From positions 2,447 through 66,446 of the forward strand of contig DCGR01000097.1 in the NCBI GenBank assembly GCA_002315285.1: a stretch of DNA of 64,000 nucleotides. Direction: 5' to 3'. The first letter of the stretch is position 1. Each line of letters starts with the position of its first letter. The translations under genes were made by a program, and so were the position numbers. This document shows, one piece after another, positions 27,559 through 37,350 of this stretch. The notes under the pieces are model-generated. The model was not told the DNA's origin. It saw nothing but the letters and a program-made list of their open reading frames with translations, and did not search any database. This stretch comes from Bacteroides sp. UBA1773 (GTDB lineage Bacteria; Bacteroidota; Bacteroidia; Bacteroidales; Bacteroidaceae).

Positions 27559-29532
27559 GATAAGGCTTTGTCGCGACAGATTCAAATCGAGCCAAACAAC
27601 CAGACGATCGCCATTGTATGACACATGACGACCTACCGCATATTGAGTGGCTTTTAATGGTTGCCCATCAACACTGATTCCTTCTATATCACCACCCTTC
27701 CAACCATCAACTACGACACAAAGTCCACATACAGGTTGATCGGCAGAAGCTTCAACCCGCAAGTCCATACGACCAGATGCCTGATTGACACGATACGCCC
27801 GTTCTGTCAAATCATAAGTTATTTCTTGCTTTCCCAAATACATTTTAGGAGCACGAAGCCATGACTTTGCCAAAGGCAACAATCCAGCGGCATCCTGATT
27901 GGTACAACCACAAAGCATCAACTTGGTCATTTTGCCACTTACTTCATCTTTATAATAGGCTGCATTGTACTGGGTAGCTGTGTAAGTATGCGCGGGGCCA
28001 TCGGCCACAGTGGCATACCTCCCAATCACATAATCCTGTACCACAGGCCAATGATTTCTCCATGGAAAGGCAGAAAACGCCGACCACTTACCTGCATATC
28101 GGTCAATCTGTGGCCCCTCAGTACCATTTTCATTAGGGCCATCACGGTCATCAAGAATCAAAAAAGGATTCCATTGACTTTTCAGATATGTGACCTGAAT
28201 ATTGGCATGTGGAATGGAAGGTTCGTGTTGTGTTTGTTTTACATTCCAATCCCATCCGAATGTCTTGGCATTGCCATCCATGGCCGCTACAGACATGATT
28301 TTCGATCCATCAAGCACATCCTCCGGACGTTGGTAGGGATGCAACACCTGCAATGACTGACACCATTCGTACCAATCAGTCAAATTCGAACTCCAAACAT
28401 CCATCTTTCGAACTCCCACACCATCTGGATAGAAGATGTAGGTTTCTTCCGACCAATCACCCCATTGGGATTCCTCCTCTTGATAAGGGAATTGCTGGTT
28501 GACCCCAACCGGAGCATTGCGCCACAGCACAACTGTACGAGCCGGCGTATTCTCCAAAATACGTACACTCGAGAAATCGGCATGTTTGTCGCTCATCGAT
28601 TCGCAACAACCCCATTTTGTAACCTTCATACGTTCAACGAACTCATTCGACATCCAATTACCTTTCTCTGTCACAAAACAGGGTGCGTATGCTATGCCTC
28701 GCCAGAACACAACTCTGAAAGGACGCTGTTCACCAAATCCTACCACAACATCAGGAGTATCGCCGCGCCACTGCTCATCCCATTGCTTATAAAATTTCAG
28801 AGGAATATACCAAGAACCAAAAGCCAAAGCCTCTGTCGGTCCGCTGGGCAAGATACGAGGTTCGAACGATGGAGCTTCAGGCCGTCTGAATTGCTGGTCT
28901 AATACTTGTTGATAGGCTGCGATACCATCAGTAAGTTGTAACTCATCGAGAGCACCATCAAGAGAACTATAAATACGCACATCATCGTTCTCGTATTCGC
29001 TTACCGTACGAACGGGAGTACGTCCCACCCACATAGTCATACCCGCTGTAGGCACCGAACTGAGACTGATGGGATTTTGGGCCACTTCACGACCATTCAC
29101 CGCCAGACGTAAGGTCTTGCCAGCATCGAAAGAACAGGTCAACCGTGACCATTGCTGCAATTGGAGTGCCTGAGCGTATGTCGCTTCCCATTGGATCTTC
29201 CCATCGCCTACCCGAAAATGGACATGGCCACGTGCATCGATATAGAGTGAGAAACCCTGCAAAGTCGTATCGTTTTGTTTGCAAACGATGGGACATGGAC
29301 TCTTGGGGAAAGCCGCAGGACAAAACCACACATCGACCGTAAACGAGTTTTCTGGAGTCGGGGCTTGATTGGAAGGTATCACCAAACGTGAGGTAAAACC
29401 ATTGAAAAGCAACGCATCACCACTCACACCCTGTGTGATTTCGCAACGATCGGACTTGGGCTCCGTTCCCAAAGACCGATTAAAACCTAAAGTAAAAGGT
29501 AATAAAACCGACAAAATTAGTTCCGTAATCAT
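27547..29532 (-). CDS. Secreted LamG/concanavalin-A-like lectin domain protein with a ~440-aa uncharacterised C-terminal domain
   Basis: Hydrophobic N-terminus. LamG-like segment: GVSGDALLFNGFTSRLVIP...FTVDVWFCP...GFSLYIDARGHVHFRVG...WSRLTCSFDAGKTLRLAVNG. The remainder is rich in W/Y/D, with no motif recognised. Confidence 0.55.
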   Translation of the reverse strand: MITELILSVLLPFTLGFNRSLGTEPKSDRCEITQGVSGDALLFNGFTSRLVIPSNQAPTPENSFTVDVWFCPAAFPKSPCPIVCKQNDTTLQGFSLYIDARGHVHFRVGDGKIQWEATYAQALQLQQWSRLTCSFDAGKTLRLAVNGREVAQNPISLSSVPTAGMTMWVGRTPVRTVSEYENDDVRIYSSLDGALDELQLTDGIAAYQQVLDQQFRRPEAPSFEPRILPSGPTEALAFGSWYIPLKFYKQWDEQWRGDTPDVVVGFGEQRPFRVVFWRGIAYAPCFVTEKGNWMSNEFVERMKVTKWGCCESMSDKHADFSSVRILENTPARTVVLWRNAPVGVNQQFPYQEEESQWGDWSEETYIFYPDGVGVRKMDVWSSNLTDWYEWCQSLQVLHPYQRPEDVLDGSKIMSVAAMDGNAKTFGWDWNVKQTQHEPSIPHANIQVTYLKSQWNPFLILDDRDGPNENGTEGPQIDRYAGKWSAFSAFPWRNHWPVVQDYVIGRYATVADGPAHTYTATQYNAAYYKDEVSGKMTKLMLCGCTNQDAAGLLPLAKSWLRAPKMYLGKQEITYDLTERAYRVNQASGRMDLRVEASADQPVCGLCVVVDGWKGGDIEGISVDGQPLKATQYAVGRHVSYNGDRLVVWLDLNLSRQSLIVLK

Positions 29533-29628
29533 TCTAAAGAATTTTTATATATTCAACTTTTGAAAAAAGCAATACAATCCTCAGGCAAAAACAGTTTCAA
29601 AGAGAATCTGCCAAGGAATGTATAACGT

Positions 29629-30321
29629 CTAAAGTAACTTTTGAGGGAAGCTCATATTTGAGATGGTATTGAAGTGATGCAATGTATGGGTATCGCTACC
29701 CCGGTACGAGTACCATCCCTTTTGCTTGATATAACTCAGGATGCGCACGGATGCAGGTCCATAGGCTCCACTTAACGAAAGCAGATTTAACTGGAAAGTC
29801 GCGCCCATGTCATGATAGCGATCAAAAACCGACAACTCATCAGCCAAATACAAGTAACGCTCTGGGTGCGCTATTACTGGTTGAATGCCAGCCATCATCA
29901 GATTGAAAATGGTTTCCTCCATGGTACGGCTTCCGTAGTAATACGACATTTCAATCAAAACCTTTCCCGATTCTATTTGAAGCAACTCCTCAGGATTCCG
30001 GTGCTCGAAACCATCGACCACCATATACTCTCCTGCCAATGAAATTTGCAACGCATGGGAAAGAGTCGAGGGCAGTTCTGATAAGAACTTCTGGAAACGA
30101 CCCCGAATAAACCCCTCTGTATTGCTAGGATAAATTTCGGGGTTCATGTGAGGTGTAAGCACCACATCAGTAATTCCCACATCCTTCATGCGTTGCAGTA
30201 TCTGCACTGAAACATTCATGTCATCAACTCCATCGTCCACACCTGGAAGAAGATGGCAATGATAATCCTTCGAAAACGAAAGATTAGTAAAACACGCTTC
30301 TTTTTCCCGAAAAAAAATCAC
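29629..30321 (-). CDS. PHP-family (CpsB/YwqE-type) protein-tyrosine phosphatase
   Basis: DYHCHLLPGVDDG N-terminal metal motif, TPH, AHPERY, GSDTH. 4-nt overlap with the upstream kinase gene. Confidence 0.8.
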   Translation of the reverse strand: MIFFREKEACFTNLSFSKDYHCHLLPGVDDGVDDMNVSVQILQRMKDVGITDVVLTPHMNPEIYPSNTEGFIRGRFQKFLSELPSTLSHALQISLAGEYMVVDGFEHRNPEELLQIESGKVLIEMSYYYGSRTMEETIFNLMMAGIQPVIAHPERYLYLADELSVFDRYHDMGATFQLNLLSLSGAYGPASVRILSYIKQKGWYSYRGSDTHTLHHFNTISNMSFPQKLL

Positions 30322-32873
30322 TTCGCAACTTCGTTTACTTGAGCAGACCGAGACTTTCTCGATTTGTGATGAGGTTTCTTGCCATCCACCGATTCACCGT
30401 AACAGTAGCCGTAACCATATCCATAACCGTAACCATAGCCGTAACTCTTACCATAGCCATAGCCATAGCCCTTCCCATAACCATATTTAAAGGATTTCGA
30501 CTTGAAATTGACCGCATTAAGTACGATTTTAGGATTTACGATATTCGCATTTGCAAACAACTGCTTGATTTCAGGTAACATCCTCAATGGTGTATAAGAA
30601 GAACGTACCACATACAATGTTAAATCGACAAACTTGTTGACAAGCAAAGCATCGGATACAGGCATCATAGGAGCCGTATCACAAATCACATAGTCGTAAT
30701 GATTCCTACAGTAATCGATCAAGTCACCAATACGGTTGGTCGAAAGCAATTCCGTCGGATTAGGTGGAACAGTTCCCGATACCGCGATATCCAAATTAGG
30801 ACAAGCATCAATTTTTTGGAAGATGTCAGCAGCCTCACACTTGTTAATGAGATAACCGACAATAGAATGGCGTGTATGGGTTTCAAGACTAGGAAGGAAC
30901 AGCTTCAAGGCCGGATTTCTCAAATCGATTCCCAACAAAACTACCTTCTTATCCATATGTGAAATGGATATGGCCAGATTCACCGCTATGTTTGACTTGC
31001 CTTCACCAGGGATAGAACTCGTCACCTGAATGACCTTTCCTTCCAAAAATTTCAGATTACTACGCAACATTCGGAATGACTCTGTCTTGATGTCGCGGTC
31101 TGAAACACTGTTGATGACACTGGCATCTTCGAATTTAGGAATATTGGCCAAAATGGGGTCTGGCAAGACTCTCTCGACATCATCCTTCGACAAGACATTG
31201 GTACGCAACTGATTGGAACTCAACACAACAGCAGGGGGGAAACAAAATCCCAAAACCAAAGCAAAGAGCAATATCGACATGCTTTTTGGTTTGATTGGAG
31301 CACTCTGCCCATGCGCAGGTTCGATTACCCTTGCATTGTCCGACACATTGTACATTGAAATCTGCGCTTCTTCCTTCTTTTGTTGCAAAAGGGTGAACAA
31401 CGGCTCAATGATTTTCTGCTTACGCTCGATTTGTGTCAAATCATATTGCTGTGTAGGAATTTCAGAAATAGTGGCCTTGCTTTTCTTCAACACATTGTTT
31501 ATCTCACCTTCTCGAAGACCATACACCTTTTCCAAATTGTCGATAGATACGATAATCCCATTTCTTCCGTCCCTTAGAATCAGGTTAAGGTTCTTCACGC
31601 GTGGGTTATTGACAGAGGAGTTGGCAATCATCCTGTTTCGTTCAGCCACTTGTTGGTTATACGATGTGATGGCCGAATTCAAATTGGCATCCGACAGTCC
31701 TATGTTAGAAGGGATTACATCATAATCACCCTCACTCATCCTATCCAATTCAGATTTTATCATCTTCAGAATGTTCTGCTGCAAACGGATGTCAGTCAAC
31801 TGCTTTTCATATTCCTTATCGGAGGACAAAGCCAGTTGCGACTGAGCCTCGATATTCACCAAGGTACGCGATGTCTGGTATTGCTGATAAGATGTCTCGA
31901 CCATTCCCAACTCCTGAGCGATGTCTGCGATACGGCCATCCATGAACTTAATCGAATTCAGAACCGCCGCATTCTGGTATAAACGTGATTCCTCATTGTA
32001 TTTTTTAACCAAAGTATTCAGGATGTCATCCGCCCTTTCCCTTTTGGAGTCCAGAAAGGTGAGCGTTATCACATCGGTTCTGCTCATTCGCATAGATCCT
32101 GCTTCGACAGAAGCCATAAGACTATTTGAATATGCTGTTGCACAAGAAGCAACATTCATCCACGAAACCTTATATCGCGAATTGACTGACATGCCATCGG
32201 AAATTATTCGTGAAATGACGACAGAAAATCCGTTAAAGACAATCTTATCACCATAGCCATATATTTCATTCTCGCCAAACTTAATCTTCTGTTGACCAGA
32301 AGCCATCATCAAATCCAATGAACAGATTCTAAACGTTTCTGCACTGACAGGAATAAACTCTAACGAAAAAGAAACCGGACGACTTTTTTCCGAATAAAAA
32401 GAATCGAAAGCAATATCGGCCACAAAAGGATTGTCCTTGTAGAATTCGTATTGCCTATACGACAAATAACGTTTTACCCACTTACCATCCAATTGGGACA
32501 TTGGGACACGATATTCATAATAACGAATATTCAAAAACAAATCCTCAACCACCTTCTTCATCAAACTTGGGCTCCGAAATATGAAAATCTCGTTATCAAT
32601 CTTTGATGTCTGCTCCATACCTGCGATGTCAGACAACAAACTGATTCCTCCCTTATTCGATTTTTCGTTCGTCAAGATTACCTGAGTCTGTCGTTCATAA
32701 ATCGGAGTTGTCAATTTCACATATAAAAAAGCCAAACAAAAAGCGACAAAACAAGAACAAACTATCCAATATCGCAGTTTCCACAAAAAGATAAGGATAC
32801 TACTCAAATCAAAATCGTTGGGTGTACCCTGGGCATTCGAATTTAATGTTGATGTATGGTTTGAAATATTCAT
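30318..32873 (-). CDS. wzc: Wzc/GumC-type polysaccharide co-polymerase fused to a BY tyrosine autokinase
   Basis: N-terminal TM segment, long coiled periplasmic region and second TM segment. Walker A is SSIPGEGKSNIAVNLA and Walker B is YDYVICDTAPM. C-terminal Tyr cluster. Confidence 0.85.
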   Translation of the reverse strand: MNISNHTSTLNSNAQGTPNDFDLSSILIFLWKLRYWIVCSCFVAFCLAFLYVKLTTPIYERQTQVILTNEKSNKGGISLLSDIAGMEQTSKIDNEIFIFRSPSLMKKVVEDLFLNIRYYEYRVPMSQLDGKWVKRYLSYRQYEFYKDNPFVADIAFDSFYSEKSRPVSFSLEFIPVSAETFRICSLDLMMASGQQKIKFGENEIYGYGDKIVFNGFSVVISRIISDGMSVNSRYKVSWMNVASCATAYSNSLMASVEAGSMRMSRTDVITLTFLDSKRERADDILNTLVKKYNEESRLYQNAAVLNSIKFMDGRIADIAQELGMVETSYQQYQTSRTLVNIEAQSQLALSSDKEYEKQLTDIRLQQNILKMIKSELDRMSEGDYDVIPSNIGLSDANLNSAITSYNQQVAERNRMIANSSVNNPRVKNLNLILRDGRNGIIVSIDNLEKVYGLREGEINNVLKKSKATISEIPTQQYDLTQIERKQKIIEPLFTLLQQKKEEAQISMYNVSDNARVIEPAHGQSAPIKPKSMSILLFALVLGFCFPPAVVLSSNQLRTNVLSKDDVERVLPDPILANIPKFEDASVINSVSDRDIKTESFRMLRSNLKFLEGKVIQVTSSIPGEGKSNIAVNLAISISHMDKKVVLLGIDLRNPALKLFLPSLETHTRHSIVGYLINKCEAADIFQKIDACPNLDIAVSGTVPPNPTELLSTNRIGDLIDYCRNHYDYVICDTAPMMPVSDALLVNKFVDLTLYVVRSSYTPLRMLPEIKQLFANANIVNPKIVLNAVNFKSKSFKYGYGKGYGYGYGKSYGYGYGYGYGYGYCYGESVDGKKPHHKSRKSRSAQVNEVAK
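30396..30488 (-). repeat. Coding (Gly-Tyr)n repeat: 13 tyrosines in 31 residues at the Wzc C-terminus
   Basis: KYGYGKGYGYGYGKSYGYGYGYGYGYGYCYG. It is encoded by varied GGN-TAY hexamers, and only ATAGCC x3 is an exact DNA repeat. Confidence 0.9.
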
Positions 32874-32889
32874 GAAAGAAAGCGAATTG

Positions 32890-33675
32890 TTACAATTTCA
32901 AAATAAGAGTGATCACTGCGACCATAGAAGTTACCGAACTCAACAACACGCTCCAAATGCCTGTGTTGGTTGTGGCTGCAGACACACGTTGTGCCGAGGG
33001 TGGTACATAAAGCACATCATTCTGCTGCATGAAGAAATAATCCTCGTTCATGATTTCGGCCGACTTCAAATCAATTCTATGATATGTGTTCTTGCCATTT
33101 ACCTCACGAATCAGAATGATATTTTCACGTTTTGCCGTCAAGGCCAAATCGCCAGCCCGTCCCAACGCTTGGAAAATGTTGATCTTCTCAGAATCCATCG
33201 AATATGTTCCTGGAGCTTTCACCTCGCCCAAGACCGTAATCTTATAGTTCCTGAACGCCACATACACAATCGGATTCTTTACATCCTTGCTAATTTCAGT
33301 GGTAAGATATGCTACCAAATCGGAACGTGTCATGCCTTCGACCTTGATTTTACCCAATATAGGAAAATCTATCTCTCCATTGATATCAACCAAATATGGC
33401 AGAGTCATACGCTCTGGATCATAACTTCCACCACCCATTGTATTGTCATGTAATGTAAGATTGTAGGGCATGACAACCTGCTTGTCTGGGCCCGACACGA
33501 TAATGTTCAACAAGTCGTCCTTTTTTATCCTCGCTTCATAACGAGTAGTAATTTCTTTCAATTGTACTTCGTCGATATCTTGCATATACACGATTTTCTT
33601 TGCAGACTTACAAGCCGTCAAAAGAAAAACGAATGCCACCAAATAAAGCACTTTTGTTTGTATAATAAATCTCAT
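32890..33675 (-). CDS. wza: Wza-type outer-membrane polysaccharide export protein
   Basis: Lipoprotein-like signal (LLTAC). Poly_export-like segment DLLNIIVSGPD and SLBB-like segments. C-terminal hydrophobic helix. Confidence 0.8.
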   Translation of the reverse strand: MRFIIQTKVLYLVAFVFLLTACKSAKKIVYMQDIDEVQLKEITTRYEARIKKDDLLNIIVSGPDKQVVMPYNLTLHDNTMGGGSYDPERMTLPYLVDINGEIDFPILGKIKVEGMTRSDLVAYLTTEISKDVKNPIVYVAFRNYKITVLGEVKAPGTYSMDSEKINIFQALGRAGDLALTAKRENIILIREVNGKNTYHRIDLKSAEIMNEDYFFMQQNDVLYVPPSAQRVSAATTNTGIWSVLLSSVTSMVAVITLILKL

Positions 33676-33697
33676 TCTACCTGTTTTTTATTTTCCG

Positions 33698-33705
33698 CAA
33701 ATATA
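33698..33705 (-). promoter_or_regulatory. -7 box TATATTTG (minus strand) for wza-wzc-phosphatase
   Basis: CAAATATA on the plus strand, 22 nt from the wza ATG. Confidence 0.45.
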
Positions 33706-33766
33706 CAAAATTATTTAGAAACCGTCAGTGTATCCAATAGATTCTTAAAAATTTCATAGGAAAAGA

Positions 33767-36658
33767 CTATTGTCCAATATGATTCAGCAGGCGATTGAAA
33801 ATCTCATTCTGACCCAATAATTCAGGAACACCAATGATATACATGCGACGGCGAGATCGAGTCAAAGCCACATTCAACTTCCGGTCGATGACAATCCCGT
33901 TCTCTTCCGTCACATTCGGAAGGAATCGAAGCTGACAGGCATAATTCACACAAAACGAATAGATGATGATATCCCGTTCACTACCCTGATACCGTTCAAC
34001 CGTATCTACTGTAACAAGGCTCAATTGTTTGTTCCCCGTTTCCTGCAATTTCATTTTTATCAGCGCTATTTGGCTTCGGTATGGAGCGATAATCCCTAAT
34101 GTGCGTGTCGGATCAAAACAATCCTCGTTGTCTTTGTAAACCTGCATTGCCAAATCAACAGCAATTTGTGCTTCCTGCAAATTAATCTTACCTGTCTGAC
34201 TACTTGTATCAGGAACGGATGGCATGAAGAACACCGCCCGCTGCACAGCTTCTTGTTGATGTGGCAATCCCAGTGACTCCAACCTCCCTCCATAAAAAGC
34301 CAAGTTCGAAAATGATGCCACTGCCGGATGCATCCGACCCTGCCGGAAAAGCATATCAACATAAGGAGAATATTCCTCGTTCAAATGTTTCTTATACAAA
34401 CGTTCAAATAAGGAATCTCGAAGGTTACGCAAGCCTATTTTTCGCAAATTTTCATCAGTCACCATACTCTGCTCAACATTTTGCGCAACGACTGCAGGCA
34501 ACTGCTTGTAATCGCCTATCATCACTATCTTTGCAATGGCATCCTGCCCATCAGGATTCTTTGTGCACAACAATCCCAAAAGTTGTGACTCCAATATCTG
34601 CGTAGCCTCATCCACAATAGCCACATCGAAATGCTTCATTTTCAGTAAATCCACCTTAGAAGACATTGTAGTAAGAGTACCAACAAAAATCCTACAACCT
34701 GCAAGACATGCCCGTACTTCCATACGACTTCTACACTGCGAAAGTCTATGTTCCATCAAATGAGCGCGATAAGCTTCATCGCACGACAATTCATTTCCAC
34801 AACGGATATAATCAGGATGAAAATCTATCCGTTCCAAGGCATGACAAATCTCATCGACCGCTCTGTTGGTGTAAGCTATTAAAAGAATCTGCGAATCTGT
34901 TTCCTGATAAAATCGTTCTACCATCCTACGTAAGGCACATGACGTCTTCCCCGTTCCGGGAGGTCCAACCAACAAAAAATAGTCCTTGGCTGCCAAAGCC
35001 TTCTGAGCCACACAATCGAAAACCGAATCAGGATTTTGTCGTGTTTCGTCAGACAATGCCTTACAGTCGGCCTGGCACAAGCTTGTTCCCGGATTCCGCA
35101 ATCCCAAAAGCAGATCCCTCCGATCCTGGTTCGCATATAAGAAGGAGCCCAATCCTGCAAACACATTTCGGAAAGTAGTATCCGAGACATCGTGTTCCAC
35201 AGCGTAACGACTATCCAAAGACAATACTGCCACATTACGCTGCGCTGCACGAAGACGTATAGACACTTCTGAAGTACTAATTTTTTCTATATTCCCCTTG
35301 ATTACCATGTGATTGGTTGCATGATCTTCCATAGAATTGCGTTCATACAACACAACCATATCGCCTTGTCGGAAATTCGAAGGATAACAATCAGGCGTAT
35401 CAGGTAACAACAAACACACAAAAGGGTGTTCCGAATCAGAAATCCGATTCTCCTTTATACGCAAGTCACACAATATTTCACCTTTTTCCTTCTTCTCATC
35501 CAAATCCGACAACCACATAGCAGATGAACCGCTTCGTCCTTCAATGGCCTGGAAACCTGTTTTAGATAGGAATAGTTCGTATGAAACAAAGTTGAACAGG
35601 GCAAAGAAATATGAACGTTCCAATGCAGTAAGAACACGTAACGCATCAGTGAACTGCATGATGGGCACTCGCAAATATTGATTCCAATAACGGCCCCGCA
35701 GATCATTCTCATTCAAGCAATCGGTTGTAATGGAATCGAAAATGCTTTCAGTGAACGACAAAGAGTGATTTCTAATAAACCCATATTGAAGCGATACAAT
35801 GCGGTTACGGACCATCATCACCTTCTGCATTTGAAGTTTTGACGCCTTAGCCCCATACAACATCGGGTAACAGGTATATAACAGGAATGGCTGTACCTCA
35901 CGTGCATCTTTCCCCATGCCATACTCCAAAACAGCGAGGTAAAGCAGCATCTGCACCTGATTGTTGCGTTTGGGAATAGGGTGTAAATGTCCGTATTCAT
36001 CCGCCTTTCCAGACTTCATTTCTATGAAACGGCTCATGTCACGCTGCATGTAGTCCAGCCGCCCTTGTATGCCCAATGTTTCACAGATGTAGGCAGGTTC
36101 CAAGACTGCGTCCTGCACATCAAAACCATTTTGAGGGAAATCGACATCAATGATATGCCGAAGATTATTAAAATGAGATCTACAGCTTTCAAAAAAGGAA
36201 TGCTCCGTCTGTGGCTCACCCAATTCCTCGTTTGCAGATAATTCTACCATATACTGACGAAAAGCTGTCCGCATACATTCCTGATAGGAAGGCTGTCCGT
36301 GAATCAGCTCATCAAGGAACAAATTCACCATATTACCCAACAAGATAGGCAACGAACTCGTCATCGGACGGAACTGCGCCAACAGATAGTTTGCCGGGTG
36401 TTCACCATATTCCTTGAAACTTTCGGCAAGCGCACTGATGTCCAACAAATAATCTGGTTCCAAAACAATCAATGCCGGCAGCAACATCTCATCCGCTTCC
36501 GTCACATCGACCAAATTCAATTGCGCCCCTTTCCACAACAACGCTGGAAGGGCCGAAAATGAAACCGGACATTTCACCAAAAAAGAAACTTCCTGCACAT
36601 TATGCACATGCAGGAAGATACCTTCAATTTCATCAACCGTTACCCTAAAATTTGTCAT
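33767..36658 (-). CDS. RecB-family PD-(D/E)xK nuclease domain + Upf1/Dna2-like SF1 helicase (963 aa)
   Basis: Nuclease motifs: GIQGRLDY, FIEMKSGK, QVQMLLYLAV (QxxxY). Helicase motifs: LLVGPPGTGKTS (Walker A), VAIVDEATQ (II), MIGDYKQLP, VERYQGSERDIIIYS, NVALTRSRRRMYIIG. Confidence 0.8.
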   Translation of the reverse strand: MTNFRVTVDEIEGIFLHVHNVQEVSFLVKCPVSFSALPALLWKGAQLNLVDVTEADEMLLPALIVLEPDYLLDISALAESFKEYGEHPANYLLAQFRPMTSSLPILLGNMVNLFLDELIHGQPSYQECMRTAFRQYMVELSANEELGEPQTEHSFFESCRSHFNNLRHIIDVDFPQNGFDVQDAVLEPAYICETLGIQGRLDYMQRDMSRFIEMKSGKADEYGHLHPIPKRNNQVQMLLYLAVLEYGMGKDAREVQPFLLYTCYPMLYGAKASKLQMQKVMMVRNRIVSLQYGFIRNHSLSFTESIFDSITTDCLNENDLRGRYWNQYLRVPIMQFTDALRVLTALERSYFFALFNFVSYELFLSKTGFQAIEGRSGSSAMWLSDLDEKKEKGEILCDLRIKENRISDSEHPFVCLLLPDTPDCYPSNFRQGDMVVLYERNSMEDHATNHMVIKGNIEKISTSEVSIRLRAAQRNVAVLSLDSRYAVEHDVSDTTFRNVFAGLGSFLYANQDRRDLLLGLRNPGTSLCQADCKALSDETRQNPDSVFDCVAQKALAAKDYFLLVGPPGTGKTSCALRRMVERFYQETDSQILLIAYTNRAVDEICHALERIDFHPDYIRCGNELSCDEAYRAHLMEHRLSQCRSRMEVRACLAGCRIFVGTLTTMSSKVDLLKMKHFDVAIVDEATQILESQLLGLLCTKNPDGQDAIAKIVMIGDYKQLPAVVAQNVEQSMVTDENLRKIGLRNLRDSLFERLYKKHLNEEYSPYVDMLFRQGRMHPAVASFSNLAFYGGRLESLGLPHQQEAVQRAVFFMPSVPDTSSQTGKINLQEAQIAVDLAMQVYKDNEDCFDPTRTLGIIAPYRSQIALIKMKLQETGNKQLSLVTVDTVERYQGSERDIIIYSFCVNYACQLRFLPNVTEENGIVIDRKLNVALTRSRRRMYIIGVPELLGQNEIFNRLLNHIGQ

Positions 36659-37350
36659 TTGTTCATGTATTCCCGTACCTGATTGGCAATACTCTCCATT
36701 CCCTTCACGGAAGGGTGACCACTTATCTTGTCAATGTCATGCAACACGATGCAATCAATCCCATAATGCCGGCAAACGGAAAGGACCGACTCATTGATTT
36801 CCTCTTTCAGCCCATCGTTCAGCATGAAATAGATTTTCACATTCGGATAATAATCAATCAGGTTCTCCAAAAGGAAAGCCACGGCTGGACGGAACGAATA
36901 CAAGTCATTACGCAGATAATTCTGATATTTGTATTCTCCGATTGGCGATCCAGCCCATGAGTCGTTCGTGCCACCAAACACCAATATGATATCGGGATTG
37001 CCAAGTGCCGTAAGACGAGTCACGAAAGAGCGATCGCTGTAATCAGAAAAGGAGGAGGAACCTTCCTTCCTATACCCAGAAAAACAAATCGTCGAGCCAG
37101 AAAAAGAATTATTCACTTCAAGCTTATAGCCATTCTCTTTCACAAACTTGTGCCACCATGTCTGACGGACAGAATTGACATCGGTGCGTTTCGGATCCGG
37201 CTTTGCCCAATACCATACAGCATTTGTGTCGGGTTCGAGATAACCTTGGAAGGTGGAATACGAATCGCCCAGAATCGAAACCGACAGATGCTGAGCTGTC
37301 ATACTCACAGACCAGCCACACAACAAAAACAGGACAAGTAGTTTTTTCAT
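36655..37350 (-). CDS. Secreted SGNH/GDSL-family hydrolase
   Basis: The ATG at 37348-37350 gives the signal peptide MKKLLVLFLLCGWSVSMTAQ. ILGDSYS (catalytic Ser block) and GGTNDSW. ATGA overlaps with both neighbours. Confidence 0.75.
   Translation of the reverse strand: MKKLLVLFLLCGWSVSMTAQHLSVSILGDSYSTFQGYLEPDTNAVWYWAKPDPKRTDVNSVRQTWWHKFVKENGYKLEVNNSFSGSTICFSGYRKEGSSSFSDYSDRSFVTRLTALGNPDIILVFGGTNDSWAGSPIGEYKYQNYLRNDLYSFRPAVAFLLENLIDYYPNVKIYFMLNDGLKEEINESVLSVCRHYGIDCIVLHDIDKISGHPSVKGMESIANQVREYMNK

Noticed and set aside
30396-30488. The GY-coding tract acting as a slippage-prone microsatellite (phase or length variation).
   Set aside because: The hexamer units use mixed synonymous codons and only three consecutive identical units (ATAGCC) occur. 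That is too short and impure for efficient slipped-strand mispairing. The feature is kept only as a protein-level finding.
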